Below, piece after piece: positions 1-9,623 of a DNA stretch of 64,000 nt; position 1 is the first letter of the stretch, and each line of letters opens with the position of its first letter. The stretch comes from an uncultured Christensenellaceae bacterium (GTDB taxonomy: Bacteria > Bacillota > Clostridia > Christensenellales > SZUA-584). Both the position numbers and the translations under genes were made by a program. The notes under the pieces are model-generated. The model was not told where the DNA came from. It did not search any database and saw only the letters and a program-made list of their open reading frames with translations. Where the stretch lies: the NCBI GenBank assembly GCA_964441275.1, contig CAYTUG010000005.1, forward strand, positions 8,791 to 72,790, in the 5' to 3' direction.

Positions 1-678
1 TTTTATACCTATGTGTTCAACATTTCCCAAATAATCATCCACGGCAATAAAATCGCCCACTTCAAACGGCCTATCTAAAAATATGGTAATAAAGCTGAAT
101 ATGTCTTCGAGTATTGCCTGTGCCGCAAAAGCGACCGCCAAACCGCCAATTCCAAGCCCGGCGATAAGAGCCGTTATGTTAACACCTATGTTCTCCATAA
201 ACAGCATCAAGGCAGCGCCCCAGATTATTATTTTTATGATAACAGACATCCACTTTGCCGCCACGTGCCCCGATTCGCCGGTCTTTTTCGTCCAGAATTT
301 GTCGGCAAGATATAACACTATAGCAATCACAATGCGCGCGCCTAAAAAAACAGCAACCGCAATAGTTGCTATTTTAATTATTTGCGCTATTGTTTCATGA
401 AGCGTAAGCATGCTTATACTTGCATAAAAAAGCCCCAAATATAAGACGGGCAGCAGATACCTGTGCACAATTCGAATAAGCATATCGTCAATATCGGTTT
501 TTGTTCTTTTTGCAGCCACGTAAACACGTTTTACTATTATTTTTTTTATAAGCGAGAGAATAAGCATCCCAAGCGTCAGCGTCACAATAAACAGCAAATA
601 ACTTTTAAGCGTATTGCCCAAAAACTTTGAGTTTAAAAAAGTGTTATCCAAAAACGAAAGATTAAAAAAATCGTCCAT
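1..678 (-). CDS. MscS-family mechanosensitive channel, N-terminal 226 codons (3' end runs off the window)
   Basis: Absent from the ORF track because it is open at the window edge. My translation from ATG 678..676 (GGAGG about 6 nt upstream) gives MDDFFNLSF..., then hydrophobic helices, then ITALIAGLGIGGLAVAFAAQAILEDIFSFITIFLDRPFEVGDFIAVDDYLGNVEHIGIK. That is the pore-helix G-rich/AFAAQ and PF.VGD.I signature of MscS/YggB-type channels. Confidence 0.75.
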   Translation of the reverse strand, partial: MDDFFNLSFLDNTFLNSKFLGNTLKSYLLFIVTLTLGMLILSLIKKIIVKRVYVAAKRTKTDIDDMLIRIVHRYLLPVLYLGLFYASISMLTLHETIAQIIKIATIAVAVFLGARIVIAIVLYLADKFWTKKTGESGHVAAKWMSVIIKIIIWGAALMLFMENIGVNITALIAGLGIGGLAVAFAAQAILEDIFSFITIFLDRPFEVGDFIAVDDYLGNVEHIGIK

Positions 679-737
679 TTTTAACCTCCAATTACGGTTT
701 CTTTTAGCTTACCACATATTAAACTTCACGTACAAAT

Positions 738-765
738 AAAAAAAGCCGGCTGTATTTTGCCGGCT
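738..765 (-). terminator. Rho-independent terminator of the 775..2070 gene
   Basis: On the minus strand, stem AGCCGGC / GCCGGCT (744-750 with 759-765) is followed by a U-run (A-run 738-744 on the plus strand), 10 nt after the stop codon. Confidence 0.8.
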
Positions 766-774
766 TGACTGCGG

Positions 775-2070
775 TTAAATATCGGAAGGTGCTTTTGCTT
801 TGTTCGCATTTTTAGCCTTTTTTGAAGATTGTGAAATTAATATTGTGCCAATAATGCCGATCATCAACGCACCAACTATTAAAGCGCTAAATTCAATTAT
901 TGATACCTCCAAACGCCCAATTGAGTGGTTCGTTTGCTGCGAAATCGGGACCGTTTGACTGTCGGATTCGCTTTGCTGGTCAGCTTGTTGTTTTTGCTCA
1001 ACCTTACGCTTTTCTGCCTCTGCCTTAAGCTTATCCTCAAGCAATGCAACTGCGGATTCAAGTTCTTTTATCTGCGCGGTTGCGCCGTCGTCAGCAGTGC
1101 TAAAAACCCCTAACGCACCTTCTATCACATCGTTAGACAAAAAATACGACGAACAATGCAATATAGTAAATTCTAAATCCCCGTTTTGATCTACAACTGA
1201 AGAAAGTTTCTCCTCAATTTTATCGGATAAGTCGTAATAATAGTATAAATAAAGTTTATCGCCGGGCACATTGTTGTTTGCCTTAATTGTAAACGTAACC
1301 GGCCCCGGAAGCATCCCTTTATGTCCGAAATGCAGCTGGTATGCGTCCGCCCCGCCCGCAGCGTCGGACAGCTTTTTAGTCTTTTCCATGCTAAGAGTAA
1401 GATCAAGCGTTTTTAGATCTTTCGGCATCTTAAATTTGTTGCCGTCAACCCGGCACGAGTATCCGGGAAATTTTAAATTCAGCACCGCTTTCTTTTTGGT
1501 TATATTGTCTAATACCGATGCCGGGACTTTGGCGTCCGTTATATCTATGTCTATAACTCCGCCGTCGTCCGCAAGCGCAATTTTATCCGCCGCTTTTTCC
1601 CACTGCGTAGGTTCTTTCACATTAACCGGCCTTGGGGTCAATTTGTCCACAACTGCCGCCGTATACGTTTTAGAAAAAGACTTTTTTGTCTCGTTATAAT
1701 TCGCGTCCAAATAGTTATAATAACCGCTGAGTTTTATAGTGCCTTTCGCACCCTTTGCCGCGCCCGCTTTAACTCTAACTTTTATGCTGCCCTTATAGCT
1801 TTTTGTTTTGTTTTTGGGCAGCGAATCGTGAAACAGGTTGGCGCCTCCCGAAACCTTTTCAAAGACTCCGCCCACGCTTACGTTTGCGTTTGCGACGCAT
1901 ACTCCCGATACTTTAAATGTATAGTTTATGGTGTACGTTTTACCCGCAAGCAATTCCTGCTTATAGGGACCGGAAAATGAAACGGATGCTGATGCCGCAT
2001 AAGCGGTGGTTATCTTAAAAACAGATGTTATAATCACAGCAGTTAAAAGTAGCGCTGTAAACTTTTTCAT
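775..2070 (-). CDS. Secreted, C-terminally membrane-anchored surface protein of unknown function
   Basis: Signal peptide MKKFTALLLTAVIITSVFKITTAYA, a beta-rich ectodomain, a charged coiled-coil stretch (ELESAVALLEDKLKAEAEKRKVEQKQQADQQ), then one TM helix and a Lys-rich tail. The ORF track starts at 2082 (MGGLMKKF). I prefer ATG 2070 because GGGAGGA sits just upstream, but the spacer is short, so 2082 remains possible. Confidence 0.7.
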   Translation of the reverse strand: MKKFTALLLTAVIITSVFKITTAYAASASVSFSGPYKQELLAGKTYTINYTFKVSGVCVANANVSVGGVFEKVSGGANLFHDSLPKNKTKSYKGSIKVRVKAGAAKGAKGTIKLSGYYNYLDANYNETKKSFSKTYTAAVVDKLTPRPVNVKEPTQWEKAADKIALADDGGVIDIDITDAKVPASVLDNITKKKAVLNLKFPGYSCRVDGNKFKMPKDLKTLDLTLSMEKTKKLSDAAGGADAYQLHFGHKGMLPGPVTFTIKANNNVPGDKLYLYYYYDLSDKIEEKLSSVVDQNGDLEFTILHCSSYFLSNDVIEGALGVFSTADDGATAQIKELESAVALLEDKLKAEAEKRKVEQKQQADQQSESDSQTVPISQQTNHSIGRLEVSIIEFSALIVGALMIGIIGTILISQSSKKAKNANKAKAPSDI

Positions 2071-2344
2071 AAGTCCTCCCATAAGGTGTAATCGGGCTGC
2101 AAAATACTACTGACGTGCGCGGAATAAAAAATAAATAGAACAGGCAATCTTGACAATTGAACTAACCAGTCCGGCACTTGTTGCCTTATTTTATTCATAA
2201 CCGCGCCCATATAGTTTTACAGCACAGCCCAAATGTTTTATAAACTCTTTATTACTTATTGTAACAGCCGGAAGAAAAGAATGCACATTTTTTTAACCGC
2301 CGGCTTTCATTTAGCGCTGCAATCCTCATGTTATTGTTATAACA

Positions 2345-2373
2345 TTGTAAATTAAAATGCGCAATGATATAAT
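2345..2373 (+). promoter_or_regulatory. Sigma-A-type promoter for the DUF3048 lipoprotein gene
   Basis: TTGTAA (2345-2350), 17-nt spacer, extended -10 TGaTATAAT (2365-2373), about 30 nt upstream of the RBS and ATG 2404. Confidence 0.5.
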
Positions 2374-2403
2374 TCCGATATCATTCGTTAACGGAGTTTT
2401 TTT

Positions 2404-3447
2404 ATGAAACGTTCACTTCTTATAGTTTCTGTTTTGCTCGTAGTTGCTTTTCTTATTTCTTGTGCGCCCGAAGTAAAACCTCCGGAGGCGTCTTCAAATC
2501 CAACGCCGGCGCCAACGCTTGCCCCCACGCCTGGGCCCACAATTGAAATAACCGCCGCGCCCACACCCGCGCCGCTTACCTCGTTTACCACGGGACTGCC
2601 GTTTGAAGGCGAGTATAAACCGGTTATGGTGGTTATTGAAAATTCGCCCGCTGCACGCCCTCAGTTGGGTTTGCAGACCGCCGATGTCGTATATGAAGTG
2701 CCTGTGGAAGGCAGCATTACCCGCTTTGTCTGCGTTTTTTCCGATAATGTCGCGGAAAAGGTGCAACCGGTAAGAAGCGCGCGCATTCCTTTTATTTATT
2801 TGCAAGGCGAGTGGGAAGGAATACTAATGCATTTTGGCGCAGCGGGCAGAAAAAAATCTCAATGGAATAGGGAATACAGCGTTTACGGCCATAAACTATA
2901 TAAAAAAAGCGGCATGGTGATGGACGGGCTTAGCGGTACTTGGAAGAATTACTTTTACCGCACTAAAACCGCCAAAGCTCCGCACAATGTGATTGGAAAA
3001 CCGTTAAATGCTGTACAATTGTATAACTACGAACCCGTTCCGCCCGGATGGTTGTTTGATAAATCCCACACATACGAAGCGGAAAACGCCGATACGGTTA
3101 ACCTGCCGATGTGCACAAAGAATAAAAATTTTGTTTCTTATTCTTACGATCAGGACAAAAGCGTTTATCTGCGCTTTATGAATAAAAAAGCGTTTATATC
3201 CGCCGAAACGGGAAAGCAAGTGAATGTAAAGAATATAATAGTGCAGCATAGTACATATAAATCTTCGTCCGGCCGCAAGCTTTGGAATCTTGTAGGCGGC
3301 GGCAAAGCCGAATTTTATATAAACGGCAAAAAAATTGACGGCAGTTGGGAACGGGAGTCCGACAACAAAAAAACCGTATTCCTCGATTCGGGCGGAAAAC
3401 AGATAATCTTATCGCCCGGTAACACATGGGTGCATATTTGCCCATAA
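2404..3447 (+). CDS. DUF3048 (YerB-like) lipoprotein
   Basis: Lipobox AFLISC and a Pro/Thr/Ala linker, followed by TGLPFEGEYKPVMVVIENSPAARPQLGLQTADVVYEVPVEGSITRFVCVF. This closely parallels the conserved core of B. subtilis YerB / DUF3048. Confidence 0.75.
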   Translation: MKRSLLIVSVLLVVAFLISCAPEVKPPEASSNPTPAPTLAPTPGPTIEITAAPTPAPLTSFTTGLPFEGEYKPVMVVIENSPAARPQLGLQTADVVYEVPVEGSITRFVCVFSDNVAEKVQPVRSARIPFIYLQGEWEGILMHFGAAGRKKSQWNREYSVYGHKLYKKSGMVMDGLSGTWKNYFYRTKTAKAPHNVIGKPLNAVQLYNYEPVPPGWLFDKSHTYEAENADTVNLPMCTKNKNFVSYSYDQDKSVYLRFMNKKAFISAETGKQVNVKNIIVQHSTYKSSSGRKLWNLVGGGKAEFYINGKKIDGSWERESDNKKTVFLDSGGKQIILSPGNTWVHICP

Positions 3448-3466
3448 CTTTTTTTAACAGGAGCGT

Positions 3467-4267
3467 TTGATGACCGAATTACGCGGATTGCAGCTGGCCG
3501 AGCTAAATATATTGCTTGATGTGGATGATTTTTGCCGGAAAAATGATATTCCGTATTTTTTAGCCGAAGGAACGTTATTAGGCGCTATCCGCCACAAAGG
3601 GTTTATACCCTGGGATGATGATTTAGATATAATGATGAAGCGCAGCGATTATAACAGGTTTCTTGAAATTGCGCCCAAAGAGCTTAAAGAAAAGTACGAA
3701 GTTCAGCATTCAACAACTGTAAAGAATTACTGGTCACCATTTATCAAGGTGCGGTTAGTGACCGGCGAGCAAAAATACCGTCAGCAGCACATCGCACACT
3801 TAACAAACAACAACGGGCCTTGCATAGACATATTTCCGATTGAATATGTCCCCCGGCAAAAGAGTTTAGCGCAAAAATTTCAAAGCAATTATATTAAATA
3901 TTTAAGAGGAATGCTAAGCCTTAAGCTAAAAATTGTTTGTCCAAAAAGCCTCAAGCGGCGCATGTTACGTTTTATTTCATTGTTTTACAGCATAGACGCA
4001 ATACATAGGCGATTAGAACGCACGTTTAACAAGTATAACAACAAAAAAGAAAACTTTATGGCCATACTCGCCAGCTACCAAAGAATAGAATGCCAAACCG
4101 TACCGGCACATATATACGACAATTTCGTATTTAGAGATTTTGAGGGTCATAAACTGCCCGTTCCAAAAGATTATGATTTTTTGCTAAAGCGCATATACGG
4201 CGATTACATGACTTTGCCGCCGGTTGAAGAAAGAGCAGTCAAGCATCATTATATGAAAGATAATTAA
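3467..4267 (+). CDS. licD: LicD-family phospho-headgroup transferase
   Basis: [50 protein letters not shown] is the canonical LicD N-terminal nucleotidyltransferase-fold motif ([17 protein letters not shown]). RBS AGGAG lies upstream. Confidence 0.85.
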   Translation: MMTELRGLQLAELNILLDVDDFCRKNDIPYFLAEGTLLGAIRHKGFIPWDDDLDIMMKRSDYNRFLEIAPKELKEKYEVQHSTTVKNYWSPFIKVRLVTGEQKYRQQHIAHLTNNNGPCIDIFPIEYVPRQKSLAQKFQSNYIKYLRGMLSLKLKIVCPKSLKRRMLRFISLFYSIDAIHRRLERTFNKYNNKKENFMAILASYQRIECQTVPAHIYDNFVFRDFEGHKLPVPKDYDFLLKRIYGDYMTLPPVEERAVKHHYMKDN

Positions 4268-5403
4268 GCATCAGCCGCCGCCAAAGGCGGGCAATCTGCA
4301 TCGGCTGCATTTGTTAATTTTTCGATAAACTCCACTACCCTTTCAGTCGAGTTTTCATCATGATAATCGAAATATTCTTGTTTTATTCTTTTTATCCTGC
4401 CGATATCCGGCTTAATATTGTTTATTTCATAAACAAGCTCGTCAAACGTTTTTGTAATTTTGCCGGGCACAAATTCCTCATAGTCCATATAAAAACCCCT
4501 GGCTTGCTTATAGTTATCAAGATCGGGAGCATGGAATATCATTGGACGTTCCAATATCGCATATTCGAACATAATAGTTGAATAGTCGCTCACCAGTAAA
4601 TCCGCGGCACACAGAACGGATATCAAATCCTCGTTTGTTAAATCAATAACATTTTCGGGACAACAAAAATCTCTTATCAAGGGATGAAGCCTGATGGCCA
4701 AAGTATATTTATCCTTAATTTTTTCCGCCAACCCTGCGATATCGATAGGAAGCATGGAAACATCGTCTATGCCTCCGCCTCGAAACGTTGGCGCATACAA
4801 AACAACTTTGCCGTTTGGAATGGCGTATTTATCCGAAATAATCTTTTTTAAGCTGTTTGTCCTCTCTTGATTAAAAAGCGCGTCCGCCCGGGGCGAGCCA
4901 AGCGCATACACATTTTTAATCGGTATATTAAGCGCATCGGCATAAATAGCGCGCACTTTTTCACAGCTTGAAATTGCAAAATCGCACGATTTGATATTAT
5001 AAAGCCTTTTTTTCGTGTCGCTTCCAAACTTTTTTAACGCGCCGCAGGCGTGCCAGATTTGCAGCACTATGGTTTTTCTTTTTTTGATTATTGCATTCAT
5101 AACAACGCTGTTAGCGTCAAGCACCACAACTTTTGCGGTGTTGAAAAAATAGGCTTGCTTTATAATATTTATAAAATACAGCAGTTTGCTTTTTAACGTG
5201 CCCTCGTACTTTTTTAAAAGCAGCACAACGTCATAGCCGCCTTTTTGTTCAACGGCTTCGCAAATGGCTTTAAAGTTCCCCTCCGGCTTGTTTGAAAAGT
5301 ACGAAATAAAAACGATCCTGTTTGCTTTAACGGGCATAAAGCGTGTAAAAATGTTTATTGTAAAAGCGATGGCGTATACGATTATTTTAAAAAGTTTTAG
5401 CAT
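4264..5403 (-). CDS. CDP-glycerol glycerophosphotransferase family protein (TagB/TagF-type)
   Basis: N-terminal membrane-association helix. It carries VLYAPTFRG and the ...[31 protein letters not shown]... motifs typical of Glyphos_transf enzymes. Its stop overlaps the licD stop (TTAA, convergent). Confidence 0.8.
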   Translation of the reverse strand: MLKLFKIIVYAIAFTINIFTRFMPVKANRIVFISYFSNKPEGNFKAICEAVEQKGGYDVVLLLKKYEGTLKSKLLYFINIIKQAYFFNTAKVVVLDANSVVMNAIIKKRKTIVLQIWHACGALKKFGSDTKKRLYNIKSCDFAISSCEKVRAIYADALNIPIKNVYALGSPRADALFNQERTNSLKKIISDKYAIPNGKVVLYAPTFRGGGIDDVSMLPIDIAGLAEKIKDKYTLAIRLHPLIRDFCCPENVIDLTNEDLISVLCAADLLVSDYSTIMFEYAILERPMIFHAPDLDNYKQARGFYMDYEEFVPGKITKTFDELVYEINNIKPDIGRIKRIKQEYFDYHDENSTERVVEFIEKLTNAADADCPPLAAADA

Positions 5404-5431
5404 AGCGCCCCTTAAGCCGCTTCAAGCGTAT

Positions 5432-6163
5432 TTATTTCAAACTATTTATGTACTTTTCAACAATCTGATCTACATCCCCTTGGGCAATTAGTTTGCCCTT
5501 TTGCAAAAATATTGCCCGGTTGCAAAACTGTTTAATCGCATCGACGCTGTGGCTGACAAACAATACAGTTATCCCGCTTTCAATCATCTCTTGCACTCTG
5601 TCTTTGCATTTTTCCTGAAACTTATTGTCCCCAACGCTTAGAACCTCGTCAATAATCAGTATATCAGCGTCTATGTTAACGTTGATGGCAAACCCGAGCC
5701 TTGCCCGCATACCGCTTGAATACGTTCTTACAGGTTGATCTATATAATCTCCTATATCCGCAAACCTTATTATGGCCTCCTCAAGCTTTCCTATTTTCTC
5801 TTTCGTAAGCCCTAAGATATAGCCGCGAAGATATATGTTTTCACGCCCTGTCATCTCTATATCAAAACCTGCGGTAAGCTCTAAAAGAGCGCCGACTTGA
5901 CCGTCAACAAATATTTCGCCGCTTGTAGGGTATGTAACGCCGGTTATAAGCTTAAGAATAGTCGATTTGCCTGCGCCGTTTCTTCCTATAAACCCAACGC
6001 TTTCGCCCTTTTTTACCGTAAAGTTTATGTTGCTCAACGCAAGCACTTTTTTAGATTTGATTTGCTTTCTCAAAAACAAAGCTAAAAACCTTTGTTTGTC
6101 GTTTTTAAACAGTCTGTACGACTTTGTAACATTTTTAAATGATATAGCTATATCTTGTCCCAT
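5432..6163 (-). CDS. tagH: Polysaccharide/teichoic-acid export ABC transporter, ATP-binding subunit (TagH-like)
   Basis: Walker A GRNGAGKST, signature YSSGMRARLGFA, Walker B ILIIDEVLSVGD. It lies directly downstream of an ABC-2 permease gene. Confidence 0.85.
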   Translation of the reverse strand: MGQDIAISFKNVTKSYRLFKNDKQRFLALFLRKQIKSKKVLALSNINFTVKKGESVGFIGRNGAGKSTILKLITGVTYPTSGEIFVDGQVGALLELTAGFDIEMTGRENIYLRGYILGLTKEKIGKLEEAIIRFADIGDYIDQPVRTYSSGMRARLGFAINVNIDADILIIDEVLSVGDNKFQEKCKDRVQEMIESGITVLFVSHSVDAIKQFCNRAIFLQKGKLIAQGDVDQIVEKYINSLK

Positions 6164-6177
6164 CGATTACACCATTC

Positions 6178-6975
6178 CTATATAACGTCAAGCATACGTT
6201 TTCTTAACCTTCTATAAACAAGAGAACCTAAAACAACAACGAGCAACAGCAAACAGAGAAAGCCTATAAGCTCGTTAGGCGATTCGAAAAACCACTTCTT
6301 ATATAAAAAAGTGTTTCTGTAGCCGTCAATAATATAACTGACAGGGTTTAACTTCATAATTTTTCTCAACAGCCCTGGTTTTAACGATGCGGGGTCCCAT
6401 ATAATACCTGATAACCAGAATATTGCCGTAATAATAGATTTTAATAAGTTAATAAAATCTTTGCTGATACAGCTTAAGGGGGCTGTTATCCAAGTCAGGC
6501 ATGTAAAAAAAATATACATAACCGGCATATAGAACAATATTTGGATGTTATAAATAGACGGCGCATAACCGGCAAATATAAGTATAACATATGAAATAGC
6601 AATAAGCCCGATGTGCACATACAACCTTGAAAGCGTGACAAAAGTCATGATAGTTGAAACGGGAAAGGGCATTTTTGTTGCGAAATGATTATATCTTCTG
6701 ATTGAGTTCGCGCCGTCAATTATAGAATCCCGTATAAAAAACCAAGTGACAATACCAATCGTTAAAAATAATATGTTTGGCACCCCGCGCACGCTCGTGC
6801 TTGAGCGCAACCCAATCTCAATAGTAAACCAAAGCACAAATATTTGGACAAGCGGCCTTATTATCGCCCACAGTGGCCCAAGTGCAGAGCCTTTATATGT
6901 CTGAATAAGATCGCTTTTAGCTAACTTTAAAATTTGCCTAAAAAATTTTTTGTTCTCCCTAAGTATAAAAAGCAT
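6178..6975 (-). CDS. tagG: ABC-2 type polysaccharide/teichoic-acid export permease (TagG-like)
   Basis: 265 aa, about 6 TM helices, N-terminal ...DLIQTYKGSALGPLWAIIRPL... motif typical of TagG/Wzm permeases. It is paired with the TagH-like ATPase. Confidence 0.8.
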   Translation of the reverse strand: MLFILRENKKFFRQILKLAKSDLIQTYKGSALGPLWAIIRPLVQIFVLWFTIEIGLRSSTSVRGVPNILFLTIGIVTWFFIRDSIIDGANSIRRYNHFATKMPFPVSTIMTFVTLSRLYVHIGLIAISYVILIFAGYAPSIYNIQILFYMPVMYIFFTCLTWITAPLSCISKDFINLLKSIITAIFWLSGIIWDPASLKPGLLRKIMKLNPVSYIIDGYRNTFLYKKWFFESPNELIGFLCLLLLVVVLGSLVYRRLRKRMLDVI

Positions 6976-7100
6976 TTTGCCGCCGCCTCGCTAAATTACT
7001 TTTGCAATTATAATATATTTCTACCATTTTGCCAAGTTAAGCTTTGAATGCAAAAATAGCGTTTGCAAATTAAAGCGTTTTGGCGCGTATATCTTTTAAA

Positions 7101-7129
7101 TTGACCGAAAATTTTTACTATGATAAAAT
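7101..7129 (+). promoter_or_regulatory. Sigma-A-type promoter of the phosphonate operon
   Basis: TTGACC (7101-7106), 17-nt spacer, extended -10 TGaTAAAAT (7121-7129), 64 nt upstream of ATG 7193. Confidence 0.55.
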
Positions 7130-7192
7130 TCGTTTGGGTATTTAGTATCATAAAATTAGCAGATAAACGTTTTAGGAGTATATTATTAACAA

Positions 7193-8497
7193 ATGAAACA
7201 AAAGAAAGTATACATCGCAATGTCTGCCGATGTGCTGCACAACGGCCATATAAAAATAATCGAGGAAGGCGCAAAGCTTGGTGAGGTTACTATCGGCCTG
7301 CTGACAGACGAGGCAATCGCCACGTACAAAAGAATGCCCGTTTTCGGATACGAAGAGCGCCACCGCATACTTTCAAGCCTGCGCTATGTAAGCTGCGTTG
7401 TCAAACAAGCCACTCTTTCGTATGCGGACAATCTAAGGAAACTCAAACCCGATTATGTAGTACATGGAGATGATTGGAAGACGGGTATTCAAGCAATGGT
7501 AAGGGCGGAAGTTATCGATGTGTTGTCCGAATTCAAAGGCAAACTAATAGAAATACCGTATACTAAAGGCGTTACCGGAACTGAGATCGAAAAAACGTTG
7601 CGCCCTATACTAAATACTCCGGATATAAGGCGGGCAAAGCTTAGAAAGCTGCTTAAGCTAAAGCCATACTTGCGCGTACTTGAAGCCTCAAACGGACTAA
7701 CAGGCCTTATTGTTGAAAATGCTAAAATACAGGACGGCGTTTCAATAAAAGAATTTGACGCCATGTGGGTTAGCAGCCTTTGCGACTCTTCTTTTAAAGG
7801 CAAACCGGATATCGAGCTTGTAGATTTGACAAGCCGGATAAACACTATAAACGAAATAATGGAAGTTACAACAAAACCGATAATTCTTGATGCGGACACC
7901 GGCGGACGTGTCGAGCACTTTGCATATAACGTGAAAACTTTAGAACGTCTTGGGGTATCTGCGGTTATTGTTGAAGATAAGATAGGTTTAAAACAAAACT
8001 CGCTTTTCGGCACAGATGCCGTTCAAACTCTTGACGAGCCTTGCGAATTTGCGTATAAAATAAACTCCGGAAAGCGCTCTCAAGTTACCCGCGATTTTAT
8101 GATAATAGCAAGGCTTGAAAGCCTTATAGCAAAAGCAGGCATACAAGACGCGCTAAAGCGCGCTAAGCTTTATATAGAAAGCGGCGCGGACGGCATAATG
8201 ATCCACAGCAAAGAGAAAGACGGCAAAGAGATTGCACAGTTCTTAAAACTGTTCCGCAAATATTCCGCCGATGTTCCCGTAGTCCTTGTGCCGACTTCGT
8301 ACAATCATTTTACGGAAGACGAGCTGTGCGCCATGGGCGGCAATATAATAATTTACGCAAACCACATGCTGCGCAGCGCATACCCGGCGATGTTTCAAAC
8401 GGCGCAGTCGATACTTACGCATGGCAGAAGCAAAGAAGCGGATGAAATGTGCATGTCTATAAAAGAAGTGCTTAGCCTTATCCCCGGAGAGTGCTGA
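7193..8497 (+). CDS. pepM: Bifunctional cytidylyltransferase (TagD/HIGH-type) / phosphoenolpyruvate phosphomutase
   Basis: N-terminal domain: KVYIAMSADVLHNGHIKIIEEG...VVHGDDW (HxGH cytidylyltransferase fold). C-terminal domain: ...ILDADTGG...VIVEDKIGLKQNSLFG (EDKxxxxxNS PepM signature) within an isocitrate-lyase/PEP-mutase fold. Confidence 0.85.
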   Translation: MKQKKVYIAMSADVLHNGHIKIIEEGAKLGEVTIGLLTDEAIATYKRMPVFGYEERHRILSSLRYVSCVVKQATLSYADNLRKLKPDYVVHGDDWKTGIQAMVRAEVIDVLSEFKGKLIEIPYTKGVTGTEIEKTLRPILNTPDIRRAKLRKLLKLKPYLRVLEASNGLTGLIVENAKIQDGVSIKEFDAMWVSSLCDSSFKGKPDIELVDLTSRINTINEIMEVTTKPIILDADTGGRVEHFAYNVKTLERLGVSAVIVEDKIGLKQNSLFGTDAVQTLDEPCEFAYKINSGKRSQVTRDFMIIARLESLIAKAGIQDALKRAKLYIESGADGIMIHSKEKDGKEIAQFLKLFRKYSADVPVVLVPTSYNHFTEDELCAMGGNIIIYANHMLRSAYPAMFQTAQSILTHGRSKEADEMCMSIKEVLSLIPGEC

Positions 8498-8498
8498 T

Positions 8499-9623
8499 AT
8501 GATAAATCCCAAACAGTTTTATGATTATCTGCTAACAAAAGATATATCTCTTTTTACGGGAGTGCCCGACTCGCTGCTTAAAAACCTTTGCGCCTGCATA
8601 ACGGATAACAGCGCGCCGCATATAATTGCCGCCAACGAAGGAAACGCCGTGTCGATAGCGGCGGGGTTTCATATAGCCACCGGAAAATATGGAGCGGTGT
8701 ATATGCAAAATTCCGGCCAGGGCAACGCGGTAAACCCCTTGATTTCGCTTACCGATAAAGACGTGTACAATATCCCGCTGCTGCTTATCATAGGATGGCG
8801 GGGGCAGCCGGGCGTAAACGACGAGCCTCAGCACAAAAAACAGGGTAAACTCACCCTTGGTTTGCTCGATACAATGAAAATACGCCACTTTGTGCTTGAA
8901 GATAATTTCAAACCGCAAATAGACGCTTGCCATGAATACATGAAACAAGAAAACTTGCCGGTTGCAATTATCGTAAAGGCAGACAGTTTTTCGGAATACA
9001 AGCAAACCCCGGCCGCAAAAAAGTTTGATATGCTGCGCGAGCAGGCGCTGGAACAGATACTAAACCGCTTGGACGGAGACGATTTTATAGTATCTACAAC
9101 GGGCAAAACATCGAGAGAAATTTTCGAGCTGCGGGAAAAGAGAGGCGAAGGGCACGCCAACGATTTTTTAACCGTAGGCTCTATGGGGCACTCGGCTTCT
9201 ATTGCCTTAGGAATGGCGTTAGGCGCAAAACAAAACGTTTACTGCATAGACGGAGACGGCTCTTTGCTTATGCACATGGGCGGTTTGGCAATCGCGGCAC
9301 AAAGCGCTCTGCCTAATTATAAATACGTTCTCATTAACAACGGCTCGCACGAATCGGTGGGAGGACAGCCTACCGTGGGCTTTGATATAGACATAAAAGC
9401 CATACTCAAATCGCTCGGGTTCAAACGAGTTTACACCGCGTCAACTAAGCGGCAAACCGCAAACGCAATGCAAAAGCTAAAGGCAAGAAATTTTAGCGCA
9501 CTAATTATTAACGTGTCGCAAGGTTCGAGGCAAAATTTAGGCAGGCCCACAATACCGCCCGAGCAGAACAAGAAGGACATGATGCGGCTTTTCAACAGCA
9601 AAAACAATCTGGAGAATTTTTAA
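8499..9623 (+). CDS. ppd: Phosphonopyruvate decarboxylase (ThDP-dependent)
   Basis: ThDP motif GDGSLLMHMGG...LINNGSHESVGGQ, about 374 aa. It starts 1 nt after the PepM stop. The size and split-domain layout are typical of AepY/Fom2-type Ppd. Confidence 0.85.
   Translation: MINPKQFYDYLLTKDISLFTGVPDSLLKNLCACITDNSAPHIIAANEGNAVSIAAGFHIATGKYGAVYMQNSGQGNAVNPLISLTDKDVYNIPLLLIIGWRGQPGVNDEPQHKKQGKLTLGLLDTMKIRHFVLEDNFKPQIDACHEYMKQENLPVAIIVKADSFSEYKQTPAAKKFDMLREQALEQILNRLDGDDFIVSTTGKTSREIFELREKRGEGHANDFLTVGSMGHSASIALGMALGAKQNVYCIDGDGSLLMHMGGLAIAAQSALPNYKYVLINNGSHESVGGQPTVGFDIDIKAILKSLGFKRVYTASTKRQTANAMQKLKARNFSALIINVSQGSRQNLGRPTIPPEQNKKDMMRLFNSKNNLENF

Noticed and set aside
83-400. 105-aa plus-strand ORF at the left edge.
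   Set aside because: It lies entirely antisense to the MscS-family gene, which has clear family motifs and an RBS. It has no RBS of its own and a low-complexity Ala/Ile-rich translation.
925-1699. ORFs 925..1113, 1191..1406 and 1271..1699 inside the 775..2082 gene region.
   Set aside because: They are antisense or alternative-frame shadows of a well-supported secreted-protein gene. They have no RBS and their composition is not protein-like.
4264-4267. licD and the TagF-like gene converge and share the tetranucleotide TTAA as overlapping stop codons, with no terminator between them.
   Set aside because: It is real but trivial. Convergent stop overlap is common in compact genomes, and I see no hairpin or other signal suggesting regulation.
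7193-8497. The alternative that the PEP-mutase-fold domain is a methylisocitrate or isocitrate lyase-type enzyme.
   Set aside because: The EDKxxxxxNS motif is present, and a ThDP phosphonopyruvate decarboxylase gene starts 1 nt downstream. Both favour true PepM. This still deserves an alignment check.
7489-9160. Minus-strand ORFs 7489..8013, 8243..8512, 8532..9005 and 8828..9160.
   Set aside because: They are antisense shadows within the PepM and Ppd genes. The plus-strand products carry diagnostic catalytic motifs.
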